DNA of 59,865 nt, counting the filler, from Bipalium vagum (Eukaryota): assembly GCA_037834085.1 (NCBI GenBank). It is 3 parts of 3 records of this genome, joined end to end, with 100 filler letters (N's around TTAATTAATTAA, not from the genome) between each part and the next. Parts side by side here need not be neighbours in the genome. Positions count along the whole stretch, not along the records: positions 1 to 21,262 come from JBBMKC010239865.1; 2 more parts are not named here. One strand, written 5' to 3'. The notes beneath the pieces are model-generated. The model had not been told where the DNA came from, ran no database searches, and worked only from the letters and a program-made list of their open reading frames with translations. Numbering within the stretch: position 1 is the first letter of the stretch; the number at the start of each line of letters is the position of its first letter. Shown here piece after piece: positions 1-13,330 of the stretch. The translations under genes were made by a program, and so were the position numbers.

Positions 1-77
1 CATATTCATTTTTATAAAAGTAAACAGTTAATTAACATTTTTTAATCGTGGTATAAATAATTATGTCAACCAGTATA

Positions 78-345
78 TATACAAAAGGCTCAAAGACTAT
101 TTGGATATCAATAACATAACAATAGAAAACATAACATCTAGTGCTCCATTATAATGGGATAGAAATCTGGCTGCTTAAAATTGATGAAAGATGCGAATCC
201 TGACATTGTTCTTGTGTACATCGGTACTTATAGAGAGAACTTAGTGGCCAAAAGTATTTCTCCTGTAATAAATGATATTGTGGAATTAGTAATTTAATGT
301 ATCATTGTCATGAAAGCCAATGACAAGTGTGAGAAAAAATTGAAT
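78..345 (+). mobile_element. hAT (Buster/Charlie-type, SCAND3/ZBED-like) transposase fragment, degenerate
   Basis: Translates with stops to ...KSGCLKLMKDANPDIVLVYIGTYRENLVAKSISPVINDIVELVI*CIIVMKANDKCE, matching the hAT DGAP..MG...C..HRENL region. Confidence 0.7.
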
Positions 346-619
346 ATTATGACAAACAAAAAGCAGCTGGTTCTATTTATTCAACCTAAAATAATAATAT
401 TTATTTACTAAATATCAAATCTTTTATCTCAAAAATATATATAGTATAAAATAAAGATATATATTTCTTTTAAATTTCAAATTCCTGTAAAACACGATTT
501 TAAATTAAATTATGAAAAAGCTTTAGTTTATTTTTTTTACTTTTAATTCTATAATTATTATTAATAAAAGAATATTAGAATTTTTATAAAAGTTATAGAT
601 TTTTAAAAAAAGTCGTGCT

Positions 620-1300
620 AATGATAATATATGGTATAACTCTAGGAGTATAAGAAATTGAAGAAATATTTAAAATTATAGAAAATTAATTTAAATATAA
701 AGCATTAGAACCTTTAAAAGAAAATGAGTATCATATAAAAATTGAACCAAATCTAATTTCACCTAATTGTATAATGAAAAAATCAAATGGAATTGCAGTT
801 GTTTTAATGGAGAAGAATTTTGTTTTACAATTCACCTTGTCCTTTAGAGTTAAAAATACTAAAAATTTTCATTTTCAAAATTTATTTCTAAAAATGGAAT
901 TTTATTATGATGATTTCTTCAATACTAATTCTTTAAAAATAAAAAATAATTTTAATTTATCATCAATTTTTAAAATTTTAATTATTTGTCCTTCTGAATC
1001 TGGTAAAGCAATGTTATTGAACAATTATTATTAAAAAGGATTATATTGATTATAAAAATCAAATTTTTATTAAACCAGCCTTAAAGAAAAAAGATTTTTT
1101 TTTATTATTAATTATCAAAAGTTGAAGTTTCTCAAATATTTAAAAATGAAAATAAATATAAATTTGAAGAAGATAAAATTTATGATGATACACAAAGAAA
1201 AATGAAAATTACATTATCTGATAAAGCAATGAAATTCTACCTCCAGGTAAATTAGACAAAACTAAAGAAATATTTTAAGGAACAAAAGGAGATGAAAAAT
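620..1300 (+). mobile_element. Polinton/Maverick relic: minor capsid (penton)-like 3' end followed by packaging ATPase-like 5' part
   Basis: G.YEIEE-like motif at ~645, FNGEEFCFTIHLVL* at ~803-847, then a degenerate Walker A (ILIICPSESGKAMLL) at ~975-1020; frameshifted. Confidence 0.55.
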
Positions 1301-1647
1301 TAAATTAATTGATTTAAAATTATTTATTCAAAAATTACATTTAAATCTTTCTAGTGAAGTAAATCTTTTATCAAGAATTGATGATGGAAAAAAAAATATT
1401 TTTTATCAGGACACTGGAAGAAAATTAACTGAAAGAACAACTCAAATATATAATTATATAATACCAAATAAATCTATTTACAGTCTGTTATTATTCTCTT
1501 AAATATTTTTTTATTGTTTTTGGATTTACACCATATTTCTTAGAAAATTAATTTATATCATATTTTTTTTAATAATTAAATAAAAAATTATTTTTCCATT
1601 TTTTAAAATTTTGTTATCTAATGGTAAGGTAAAGTAATACAGTAAAG

Positions 1648-1712
1648 CAGTTATTTTCAACCGGGGTTCATCGGAACCCAGAGGTTCCGCGAGGGCAATC
1701 TAAGGGTTCTGC
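1648..1712 (+). mobile_element. hAT-like transposon terminus
   Basis: CAGTTATTTTCAACCGGGGTTCATCGGAACCCAGAGGTTCCGCG...GGGTTCTGC: CAG start with repeated GGTTCC/GGAACC subterminal motifs, as in Charlie/Buster ends. Confidence 0.55.
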
Positions 1713-2999
1713 CAAAAATATCAAAATTGGTTGAAACAATATCCTGAATAGTGATTTTATGGGGGTATAAGTTTGAAGCAAAACTAATTTTATTGTTATC
1801 ATTTGAAAGACAAACGAAATTATTATTTAACAAAATTAAGTTTTATTTGAAATTTTAGATTTTTTAACAAATTTATATTATTTTAGACAGAGAAGATTGT
1901 ACAACTATTGCTCCAAGTAAAGTTAATAATTTTTAATTACAAATAATCATGTATATATTTTATTAATTGAATTATTATTTTCAGAAAAAAAAAATATTAA
2001 TTGAAAAAATGATAAATGTTTAAACATAAAATATACCACTTTATTTCACTACTTACTAATTTATTTCACAATTCCTTTAGAAAATACACGTAAAAATAAT
2101 TTTTTACTAATTGTTATCGCAATGGATAACAGAGTTAAATAACAGTCTTCATTGAGTCTTAAAAATAATATCAATTAATTTAATAATGAAATTTTAAATA
2201 ATACTACTTATCAACCCAGAGCTTCTGAATTAAGAAAATTAATTGAAAATTCAAAAAATAATAGATTAAAAGGAAAGCAAGTAAAAATTGCTCAGCCAAC
2301 CTTTGAGAGTAACCCTTGACTAGTCTGCTCAATTTTTCATAGACAATTACAGAAATTGAAAATTGAATTTTTTGCCAAGAATGTACCAAGAAGATCAATT
2401 TAAAGAAATTCACAAATGGTCGGATATAATTTAGAAAGAAATCTAGTAGTCAATAACAATAAATACTAAACAAAACCAAAACAAGGTGAGATGTAAAATT
2501 TTAATAAATCGTCAAAATCTGTTCTCAATGTTGTTGAAAATTCGGATAAAGACAGAAAAAAAATTGGTCAAAGACAGAAGTGTATGAAAAATTTATGTGG
2601 ATTTCAGTACAGGCAGAATAAACTACAAAAGAAATGAGGGTTCTGGAAAATGATCAGAACAATTTAGTAATAAAGAAAATTCTGTAGCTCTGTTAAATTT
2701 GGTCACTAAAACAAATGTTAATTGAAAAGAAATTTAAAGAATTCTTTATGATTATTTGGATATTAAGTCACGTCCATGGAAATGGTACCACGTTTTAACA
2801 AAAATAAAAATAAAAAATCGAGTCAGACTTTCTAATATTAGTTTGAAGGACTGTTGAAAATCAAGAATGTTTATGTAACTTTTGAAAAAGAAATTTATTT
2901 GGATCTTCTTCCTTATGTCAGTAAAGAGAAAAATTGTATTCTTGAATAAATCGGGTGTCTCGTGAAAACTAATAGTTCCACGACCAAACAATATGTCGA

Positions 3000-3420
3000 A
3001 AAATTTCTATCTTTCAAAAAACTTTCATTGAAAAATTTATTTTAAATTGCTTAACTATGGTCAACGTATCAACGCTGAAAATACAAGGAATTTTTCAAAA
3101 ATCCTTCATGAAATTTGAATCTCGAAATAGGTGACTGACGAAAAATATGGTGAATGCACGATAATGCTCTTATCTACAGACTCAAAGAAACTTCTGCATT
3201 CTTCCACATGCTGGCATAAGGTTATTAAAGTAGCCTGCTTACTCACCAGATTTAAATCTATTAGATCGTTTCGTGTTCAAAAATTTAGAAAATTATTGCC
3301 TAGAAACAAAATTTGAAAACATCCAACAGTTTTAAGAAAATATCAACCAAATTATCAATACTCTGACCCTCATTATAACGCAAGACGAATGCAGGAACAT
3401 AGTAAAACATTTTGAACTTG
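3000..3420 (+). mobile_element. mariner/Tc1 transposase C-terminal fragment
   Basis: HDNA-like and PAYSPDLNLLD motifs across frameshifts. Confidence 0.65.
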
Positions 3421-4004
3421 TTATCCAGCGTAAAAGCAACTGTAATTGTATGTATATTTTTTTAATCTTGTGAACCTAATCAATTTTTTTTCCAAATAAA
3501 CGATTACCAATAATTTTCAAGAAAATTTGGTAAAAAAAATCGTTATTTTGAAGGAAGTTTCGAATTTTCTTTTCAGTTCTTCGTTAGTAATTAATATTAA
3601 TAATTTTGATTTATATTTTTTAAATAATATTTTTAATTATTTAGAGAACACGCTGACAATCCGTACTTTCTCCTATTTGAATATCAATATCTGGTTACCG
3701 TTCTTTTATTAATAATGACTAAATTATCTTTCGTTCATCGTTATTGTCGAAATTGGTCATCGTTATTTTAAATTCATCTGCACTAACTTTACCCTTTCGT
3801 ACAGCGTAATTCTTTGAGTGGTCTAAAATGTTAATTGTTCTGCTTAATTGTTTGCTAATACATGTCTTGAGGTGATGCAGTGTTCTCTATGTACAGATTA
3901 TTACACCCAAGTATATAATCATATATCAACCTCTTTTCTATATATATATATGGTCTTTTTTGTTTTCTATTTCATAATATTAAGATCTAGAAATGAGTTA
4001 TATT

Positions 4005-4380
4005 TTTATGTAAGATATTCATGACTGTAAGAAATCTGAATGACAAGCCGATGGCTACTCCACCTATTTGCTTATATAATTCATCATTAAACATAAAAGA
4101 AACATTTTTTTGAATAAAATTCAAGTAACTGCTGTAGAGCTATCTCATCCATGACTTCTTTATTTTCTTTTTCATTCCAAAAATCAAAACAGAGATTAAT
4201 TTTTTCTAAAAAAGGAATATTGGTGAAAAGGCTAGATATATTAAATGATACTTAATATTCATTATCGTATTTTTTCTCAAAAGAATTTATGAAGTTGTAA
4301 AATTCAAATGTATCTTACCTCATAATTGCTGTTCTTTAATGGTTTTAATAACTCATCCACTAGATATCAGCTTTCAACTA
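4005..4380 (-). mobile_element. Penelope-like element reverse transcriptase fragment
   Basis: ISSLFTNIPFLEKINLCFDFW and GGVAIG motifs; paralogous (inverted) to 9880-10260. Confidence 0.55.
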
Positions 4381-4459
4381 ACTAATTATTTTAATATTAT
4401 AAAATCTCATCTCAATAAATACTCTTCAAAAATACAAAATATTTAAACATAATAATTAG

Positions 4460-7400
4460 GTATTACTACAACAGAGCAAACCACAACATTACTTCCAACT
4501 ACAACAGAGCAAACCACAACATTACTTCCAACAACAACAGAGCAAACCACAACGTCTCTTCCAACTACAACAGAGCAAACCACAACGTTACTTCCAACTA
4601 CAACAGAGCAAACCACAACGTCACTTCCAACTACAACAGAACAAACCACAACGTCACTTCCAACTACAACAGAACAAACCACAACATTACTTCCAACTAC
4701 AACAGAACAAACCACAACATTACTTCCGACTACAACACAACAAACAACAAAATCTAAATTCTCAATAAAAACTAAAATGAAAACTAAATTAACAACAGTA
4801 AAGAAAATCATGCCAACTTCTACACACAAAAATAAAAAAACGACAAAATCGCCCGTGAAATTCTATACAATTCCATTTCGAACCGATGGATCAAGTAATA
4901 TTGCAATTTAATGATAAAAATAAAAAAAAATTCAGAAAAAACTTGTTAGAAAAAGAATTCTTTTTGTTTTGACATTATCTTTGATTTTAAAAAATGAAAT
5001 TATTAAGACGTGCTTAATATTATTTGATACTTTTAAATTTGTAGCATTTGAATTGTGCTTAAATAAAGTAATTATAACAAAAATATTTAAAAGAATTAGA
5101 AGTTCTCGAATATTTTAACTGTAACATTTTAATTTTGGGTCTTACTTCGACTAAACTCCAACACGATTTAAATATAGTTCAAATAAACATTTGTCATTGA
5201 AAATCCATCAATCAAATCTTATCTTCTGGTGATCTTTACACAATTTAATTATTTTTCTTTATGAATTGGGGTCAATTTTGTTACAAATTTTTGTATCATT
5301 AATCATATCCATATCTAATTTAAATATTGTCTTATTGTACGTGCGGCTGGTGTAGAACTTCTTCTCTTCTTAAATTTCGAGGTCAATTTTATTTGATGAC
5401 ATGACCATTTCTCAAGGCTAATTGTAAGAGTCGATGTCTTCCACTCCCAGCTTTTCTTTCAAGGGAATTCCCTTCACGAATCTTCTTCATATCTCTCAAG
5501 ATTGTTCTTCTAGATTGACCAGTTAGTTTCATAAACATTTTCATTTAGGCGATCCAGAAGGAAATAAAAAGTCCAAGACATTGATTTGAATATTTCATTT
5601 CCTAAAATGCTAGATTTAAAATAATCATAAAATTTTATTGGAATATATTTTCTTATCAATACCTTACAATATTAAAGAGTATATATACATATAGAGTTTC
5701 AAACAAAGTATCTAATTATACTCACAATTTTAAGTGTTTCTCTGTAGTTCCATCTTTTATTGCAATGGGTACTTGGCAATCTTATTACACATTTTTACTC
5801 TCAGGTTTGTATTGCCCCACATTCTTAGACAATGTCTTTCAGGAAGTCAAATTTGTTTGTACACCCCTAATCTTTATGGAGTGGACTTAGTTGTTCCCCA
5901 ACCTAAGTCGTGTTTTGTCAGTGATTCAACGGTGTGTCATCTTTGTCAATCCTCGTCAGTCCATTGTTGTGTATAACTCTAAGGAAGTGTTTCTTAAGTA
6001 GTCCGTAATGCTTTTCTGGTCCCCGTGTTTTATTAGTTCCTACCATTTAGCAATTTCTTTCGATAATTTATGATATATTTCGTCGCTTTTATTACTACCT
6101 TGTTTTTCGAGAGTGATCATATCGATAATCTCTGTTTACTGTCCCTCTTATGAACAGTATCATGAGTCTTCCTCTACATGCTAGTGTGTTTAATAAGATC
6201 GTAGACACATCCGGTGGGAATTTCAACCATTCTCTAACTCTTTGTTGTTATTTCTTATCTAGTTCTATCAATTCCGCAACGGTCACCTCACCTAAGACTC
6301 TTATATGTAGAAAAAGAATCCTTCAATAAATGCATCTTTGTTGTAGTTTCAGTTGGATCTTTGATATACCTGCCAGTTCGGTTATCAGATTCTTTTTCAA
6401 GTTTCCATTTTCAGGTCCTGATGCGGTCATTTAGATTCCCAAATATTTGTAGGTGTCCTTTTTACTGTTCATCAGTGGTAGTATTTCATTTTCTACTATT
6501 ATATTAATTGGGTTTATTTAAATGACTTTCTTTCTCCTATGATACCCAAGGTTGCGCATTTATATTGGTTTGTTGCCAAGCCACTCTTATTGAAGTTTCA
6601 AATAAGTACCCAAGTTTCTCTGTAGGGTTTTCTGGTTCTATTCTAGCACTCTAAGGTCATCAATATAAACTATGGTGGTTATCTATTCTTTGCCTAATCC
6701 ATTGCCCTTGTCTTTTACTTCCTTTTACCTCATCTCTATGATTTTATTAAAAAGAACTGGTGATAATGGGTCTCTATGCCTGACTTTTTGGTTTGACCTC
6801 TGGTTTTTCTACCTTATGTATTAAAAATGTCCTTGATTCCTTAAGTACTATTGGTATAAGCACTTGGGGATCTTGCCATCTCCTTACCTGTATACCATCA
6901 GTACTTTTGCTTTTCTAGAAGTTCAAATCACAGATGATGGGTCATGGAGAGATGATCATTTCATTGATTTAACTTGTACATTAACACTTAATAAATTTTA
7001 TCTTTAATGTAGTCATCATGTTATTTCAATTAAAAACCGGTCTTAGAATTTTTAAAATTGATATTTTCATTTTGTATATAACAAGTGTGGTTTCACGCTT
7101 GAAATACAATGCCGTCCATGTGCTTTGAGTCATCCCTATAATTTCTATAAAATGATGAATATAAAAATAATATGTACAGTCTTTATTTATCTATATGAAA
7201 GAATATGTTGAAGTACATGTTTTCAATCAAAAAAATCCAAACCATTATTTTGTAAATGTAGAAAACCGATTTTTAAACAACATAAACTTTTACGTTGTTT
7301 TGAATATAAGACTAAAACATCAGTAAAACATCTTTCATTTACATTTCACCTTACATTATGAGAACTCTTGTGCTATCTTCTTTGATTGCGCCTCAAACAA

Positions 7401-8798
7401 TCAAACCCTTTCCTCCAAATTTAACAGTTTTCGTGGTATATTTTGGATTATATATAGATACTAGCGATCTGCGGAGGTATTGTCTTTTCCTAGAGAACAT
7501 ATCTATCCGACTTTCATAAGTAAAAATCACCTCATTTCATAAAGTAGAAAGCAGTTTGCTATAATCTCTACACCACTGTCAGTGATTCTTAATATGTCGA
7601 TCGTTTAAATTTAGTTTCTTTGCTGCAATTCGTCCGAAGAAGCCATTCTTTTTCAAAATGTGCTTCACGTGGGATCCAAATTCCTAATTTCCGAATAATT
7701 CAAAAAGCTGCCAGACGTTTTGAAATGCATTGTTCAGACACATTTAATGCGACAGCCAGATCAGATTGTGTTTGGCATGGGTCTTCGTCCAACAGGTTTC
7801 TCAAATCTCTATCTTCACATTGTTTTTGTGGCTTCCCATGCTCCTTGTCCTTCGCATCATATTGGCCATTTCTAAAACGGCGATCTTTACCAATCTTTAC
7901 ACGTGATCATCGAAGGGGCATGTTCTCTATAGGTATCTCAAAGCAAGCGCTACGTTTCCGCTGCAGTTTTCTTGGCAATAAAGTATTGTAGAATTACTTC
8001 CAGCAAATTTCGTTTATTTGGGATGAATATTAACATTTTGAATAGCTATAATATTTAAACAATTGATATTAAAACAACTGTCTCGTGATATTATTAATTA
8101 TATGATATTTTTGTTTATAAATCAATTCAATATAATTTAGATATATATGCAAACAAATTTTTTATTATCATTTCAGAAAAAGCCGAAGTCATAGTTGTAC
8201 ACCTAAAAATTTTTAAAAACGTGTTTCTAATAATTTTTAATGAAATATAAAGCTAACATTTGCATGTTTCTAAATTAAAGTAATTCAAATAATGAAATTT
8301 TAATTTAAACCAAAATCTACTATTATATCCATTTTGACATAGTGACTCAAAAGATATGAAAAAGATTGTATTTACAATAAAATTCATACTTTTTTCAAAA
8401 ATGAAACATAAAGTTATTTATTTTCTATTTTATTTAGAGATGCGTTGTTATGGTTACGGTGCCGACCAATCTGTTGTAATTTATCATCATTGCTCTGGAT
8501 GTTTGGTTATTATATTATAATATTAAGTTACTTCATTAATTAAAAATCATATTAGATCACTCAAGTATATTATTGGAATGAAAAGCCGTGGTTAGATTGT
8601 ATTAGACCTGATTTAGATACCAGACAAATGTATTCGTTCTTTTGTGATAAGTACTTTTTGGACAACCATGTTCTCATTTATGTAAGCTGTTGTTACACGG
8701 ATTTGTGCAATAAGTTAAACTCTGCTTTTATTCTATTGACCAATGTGAAGTGGACGAGCCTGGTTTTTGTATTGTTTTCTTTTCTTTTTTTTATATAA
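4460..8798 (+). CDS. Mucin-Ly6/uPAR (LU, three-finger) GPI-anchored protein, copy A; exons 4460-4894, 8438-8505, 8556-8798; 5' signal exon unresolved (candidate micro-exon 1887-1916)
   Basis: Thr-rich phase 1-1 exon (ttag|GT...TCA A|gtaat) is frame-compatible with ttag|AG ATG CGT TGT TAT. LU domain MRCYGYG..HHCSGCL / ITQVYYW..DC..FC..SCCYTDLCN, then hydrophobic tail (NSAFILL...VFVLFSFLFFI*); AATAAA at ~8873. LU exons are well supported; linkage to the mucin exon is inferred. Confidence 0.7.
4465..4749 (+). repeat. 33-bp coding tandem repeat, 8 full copies plus a partial one, encoding TTTEQTTT(L/S)LP
   Basis: Unit actacaacagagcaaaccacaacattacttcca read directly; frame preserved throughout. 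Confidence 0.95.
5050..5600 (-). mobile_element. Tc1-like transposase N-terminal fragment
   Basis: GQSRRTILRDMKKIREGNSLERKAGSGR (paired-like HTH/GRPR region). Confidence 0.5.
5760..6900 (-). mobile_element. non-LTR retrotransposon RT relic
   Basis: DPLSPVLFN (~6770), YIDDL (~6665), GLATNQYKCATL and YKYLGI motifs; many disablements. Confidence 0.7.
7340..8206 (-). mobile_element. Mos1-like mariner relic
   Basis: 5' TIR TTAGGTGTACAACTATG at ~8206 on the minus strand; LLDEDPCQTQSDLAVALNVSEQCISKRL and GIWIP motifs. Confidence 0.75.
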
Positions 8799-8967
8799 AC
8801 AATAATATCAGTACTTCCCTGATGAAATTATTTCATGTATATTATACAAAAATGATAATTTTTATTGATTTCAATAAAAGAAGATTATTTTATATTTAGA
8901 AAATTAAAATTATTTCCATCTGATTTGAAAATATTTTACAATCATGAATATCTATTCCATGTCCATA

Positions 8968-9775
8968 TATACATGGTGCGAAATAAAATAACCAGACTGG
9001 TGCTGTAAGTTTAATTTAATCACAAAGTATGTACAACTATTTAAGGTCTCCTTCAAATTATGATCCATCACAATTCACACACATCTGCAAACGCTCTTTC
9101 CACCGTTCAAAACAATGCTGTAGGTCGGTAATCGTCAGGTTGCTTAATAGCTCCCTCGTCCTAATCTGCACTTCTTCCACACTTGCAAAATGCACACCTT
9201 TAAGAGCCGATTTTATTTTTGGGAATAGAAAAAAATCGTAATTCGGTCATAATGATACCTTGGACATCAAAGAAAACAATAAGCATTATCTTGAATGTGG
9301 AATGAGTCATGTGTGCTTTTTTCATTCTTGGCGATGATGGTGATTTCCAATGCATGAATTGACGTTTAGTTTCTGGATCATACTGAAATATCCACGTCTG
9401 ATCACCCCTAAAATGTTATTTAAAAAACTATTATCTTTATCAATTCATTCCAAGATATCAGAAAAAACATTAGCCTTGTTTTGCCTGTGTTCGTATGAAA
9501 AGACTTTAGGAACAAATTTTGCACAAACTTTCTTCATCCCTAAGGCCTGTGTTAAAATGCGTCGAACACCTTTTCTGTTCATATTGAGCAATTCTGCAAG
9601 ATGAGGAACACCAATTGTACGATTGCATTCTTCCTGATTGCATCTCCAACTTTTGCAATGTTGTCGTCATTGAATGATGTACGTGGTCGGCCCGGACGGT
9701 CGAAATCATCCACCGATGCTCTGTCTTCTGAAAATCTTTTGTGCCATTCAAAGACACGTGCACGAGATATTATTC
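8968..9775 (-). mobile_element. mariner relic (irritans/Himar-like), internally deleted
   Basis: KKVCAKFVP, YDPETKRQ..HWKSPSSPR, MLIVFFD and CFERWK motifs. Confidence 0.75.
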
Positions 9776-9879
9776 TGTAACAACTAAAGATAAAATTACG
9801 TCATATTACTTTTAGTAAGACAGAAATATGTAGTCAAATTATATATGGTTTGATAAAAAAAAACTATAATGTAAATCAG

Positions 9880-10260
9880 TAAATACTTATGAGAAATAAA
9901 TCCGATAATGAATATTTAGTATCATATTCACCGATGTTCCTCTTTTAGAAACAATTAATCTTTGCTTTGATGTGTGGAATGAAAAAAGAATTGAAATCAT
10001 GGTTGAGATAGCTCTACAGCAGTTACGAATTTTTTTCAAAAATGTTACTTTTTTGTTTTGGTGTACAAAACAGGTGGAGCAGCCATGGAGTCCCCACTGA
10101 TATCAACATTACCATCAATATTCATGTCTACTTAGAAAAGAAAATCGAAAATATCAAGTAGTAAACAGTTGGCCTATCAAAGTTACTTTGATAATGTTTT
10201 CTTAATATTTGAAAGTGAACAAATATTTAAAATTTGCAATTACATTTTAAAATTCACTTA
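9880..10260 (+). mobile_element. Penelope-like element RT fragment
   Basis: IFTDVPLLETINLCFDVW and GAAMESPLISTLPSIFM (consensus G.AMGSPL.P.LANIFM). Confidence 0.65.
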
Positions 10261-10392
10261 TATTATAAAAATATAGCTTTATAAAAACAATTTTATTATT
10301 TTGTGTAGGCATAGGTTTTAATCAATTCAAAAAAAATTAAATGTTATTAAAAATGGAATATATTTATTTTTATACGACATGGATTCAAAAAA

Positions 10393-11384
10393 TCAGTCAT
10401 CAATATAATATCCATTATTGAAAATCACTTTTTGCCATCTTTCAGGTAATTGCCGAATCCCGGAACAAAAGAAAGATATTGGTGTTGACGCAAGATAATT
10501 CTTGACAAAATTTCGTATCTGGTCAACATTTTTGAAACGACATCCGGGTAATTCATGTTTCATTAAGCGAAATAATTGAAAATCTGTAGAAGCAAGGTCT
10601 GGAGAATAAGCCACGTGAGGAAGAACTTCCAAACCTAACTGTAAACTTGTTTTCTGAGTATGTTTCACTACATGAAGTCTGGCATTGTCATGTACCAGGA
10701 CAATCTTACGCGATCCTTGCATGAAAAAAGATCCTTTTTTCTCGATTTTTTAGCCAAATACAGCAATTATTTGTTTTAACGTTCCGCATTAATGGTTTCA
10801 CCAGCTTTGAGGAGGTCATAATGAATGGGTCCTCTCATATCCCACCAGATGCAAAGGAGTACTTTTTTATTGTGAATATCTGTTTTGACAACTGAAGTAT
10901 CTGGTATTCCAGGGTCCACCTACGAATGTTTGGGTTTTTGGATTATTGTAATTAATCCATTTTTCATCTCCAGTGACGATTTTCCATAAAAATCTTTTTA
11001 TTTGTCTAGCAATAAGGAATGCGGATGTTGCTAATCGGCATAAAATATTGCTTTCAGAAAGCTCGTGCGGAATCCACTTTCCAGCCTTCTGAATTTTTCC
11101 CATGTCTCCCAACAATTCTTTGATCAATAGCAAGTGGCTTAGCGTATTTTCAGCAGGTCTTTCAATTTGGCTGTTTCCAATATCTGTGGAGCACCAATAT
11201 GTGGTCGATTGGTATCATCAAAATTTCCGTCTTTGAATCGACCATACCAGTATTTACATGAACTGCGGGAAACGGCATTATTACCAAGAACGGAACATAT
11301 TGATTTAAATGTCTTGGATGCATTTTTGCCTTGATCAAATTCATATCTTATGCAACACCGAACGTACAATTTTTCATCACTCAT
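10393..11384 (-). mobile_element. mariner DD34D transposase pseudogene, near full length
   Basis: WIPHEL, IVTGDEKW, HDNARLH and YSPDLASTD; 34 residues counted between D2 and D3; frameshifts. Confidence 0.9.
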
Positions 11385-11952
11385 TTTGAAGACTAATATT
11401 TTGGTTTTTATAAAATAACTTAAGCATAAAATTTAATATATTGATTACCAATGTAAATTTTCGCGGCAGTTATTTGAAATATATATAAAATTTTTCTGAT
11501 ATTTGCAATTTTTGTGACAAAAGATAAAATACTATATATTTTTAAAATTTGTTGATTTTATAGTTTTTGCATTCTAACAATATACTTAATAAATATTTAC
11601 ATTTCGAAGATTTCTTTAAATAATATCTTTAAATTTTAAATTTTTAAATGGAAAACTTTTTCTGACACTAACTGAAACAAATTTTTTTAGTGTCATAAAT
11701 ATTAATTAAGAAAATTTCCTTTACATATTAGCACTTTAGGTAGTCAGTACCTAAAATTGCTATATAAATGAATAATAATTGATTGTTTGTGATTATTTAA
11801 AGAGTTTAGACGAAAAGAATTGGTCGCATACAAACAAATGTGACATCTCAGATATAATTGTAAAAATATAGGTAAGCATACAGATTCATAGCTAAATCAT
11901 TAATTTATAATATAGAATCTATAATATTATAATTTATATAAAATTTAGAAAA

Positions 11953-12970
11953 ATGGTCTCAACAAAAGAAAGTATTCGCGAATTAATTCTGCGCAAAAAG
12001 CTGGAAAATGTTGATTTATCTCACAGAGATATTGCAAAATACCTAAATTTTGCCAAATCAACGGTAACACTTATGCTTAACACTTCGATAAACGATTAAT
12101 CACATAAAGAAAAGTCGGAAGTGTACGAAAGAAAGAATTTATCTCAGAGAAAAAGACCAAGGAAGTGGTACATACATTTCATAAAAATCCCGGAATCTCT
12201 ATTCGTGATATGGCTAAAAAATTTAAAATGTTGCCTGGTTATGTTCAAAAAGTCCGCAAAGAGGAAGGTCTGAAATCATATAAAGTTACAATGGTTCCAA
12301 ACAGAAACGATAAACAGCAGACAACAGACAAATATCGTTCACAAAAACTGTATGACAATATCATGCACAACTTTGGCCGCATAATAATGGACATCGAAAC
12401 TTATGTCAAGTCAGACTTCAATCAGATTCATGGTCAGCTTTTCTATACTTCAAAAAAGAAAGGCGATGTTGCACCAAAATTTAAAGAAAAAAAGTGGACA
12501 AGTTCGCAAAAAAATATTAGGTTTGGCAAGCAATGTGTAAATTTGGTTTGAAAAGCAGGGTTTCTGTAACCTGTGGTACTATGAACAAAATTATTTATGT
12601 TGAGGAGTGCTTGCAGAAACAACTTCTTGCTATGTTACTTGTTCATAACGTTCCAGTTGTCTTTTGACCAGATTTGGCAATATGTCACTATGGAAAATCG
12701 GCCATGGACGGGTACAATGAGAATGGGATCAATATTGTACCGAAGAGTGCTAATCCTCCCAATTGTCCGGAACTCCGACCAATTGAAAAATATTGGGCTA
12801 TAATGAAAAGGAAATTATTGTTAACAAAACAAAACGTGAAAAATGAAAAGGAATTTGAAAATGAATGGGTCAAAATATCATCTGACGTTACTCAAAATGA
12901 TGTGCAGTACCTAATGAGAAGTGTGAATTCCAAACTCTGACCTTTTGCATACAATACCGCCAAATAATAA
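11953..12970 (+). mobile_element. IS630-Tc1-mariner DD37E transposase pseudogene
   Basis: MDIETYV, PDLAICHY and NPPNCPELRPIEKYW; 37 residues counted between D and E. Confidence 0.85.
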
Positions 12971-13029
12971 ACTATGTAATTTTTTGTAAATATATTTTTA
13001 TTACGTCTATGGATATTCATAAATTTTGT

Positions 13030-13330
13030 GTTTAGCTAAATAAATGCGAATTTGATAGCTGTATCTTCAAAACAGCGTTATGTATTATGTTGACCAATTC
13101 ATGCTTAACTTTAGGTTGATAGTCATCATACACAATGTCTGAAATCATTTTCCAAACATTTTCCATAAGTGTTCAAATCAGGGGATCTGTCTGTCCAACT
13201 CAGGACTTGAAAAGATTATCCTACCGAATATAATTGAAATTTTTTGGAAACTTGGATTTGACAATATTCCTGAATCACACAAATCCATGTCAGAAGTGCC
13301 AACCTGTCTTCCAAAATTGGGAAGATCAAA
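13030..13330 (-). mobile_element. Tc1 transposase C-terminal fragment
   Basis: LSWTDRSPDLN motif. Confidence 0.45.

Noticed and set aside
4465-4749. CRISPR-like array (33-bp period)
   Set aside because: Units are contiguous with no unique spacers, are in-frame coding, and the context is eukaryotic with no cas genes.
4443-4829. Val/Cys-rich minus-strand ORF (128 aa)
   Set aside because: Antisense shadow of the Thr-rich exon; the splice signals are on the plus strand.
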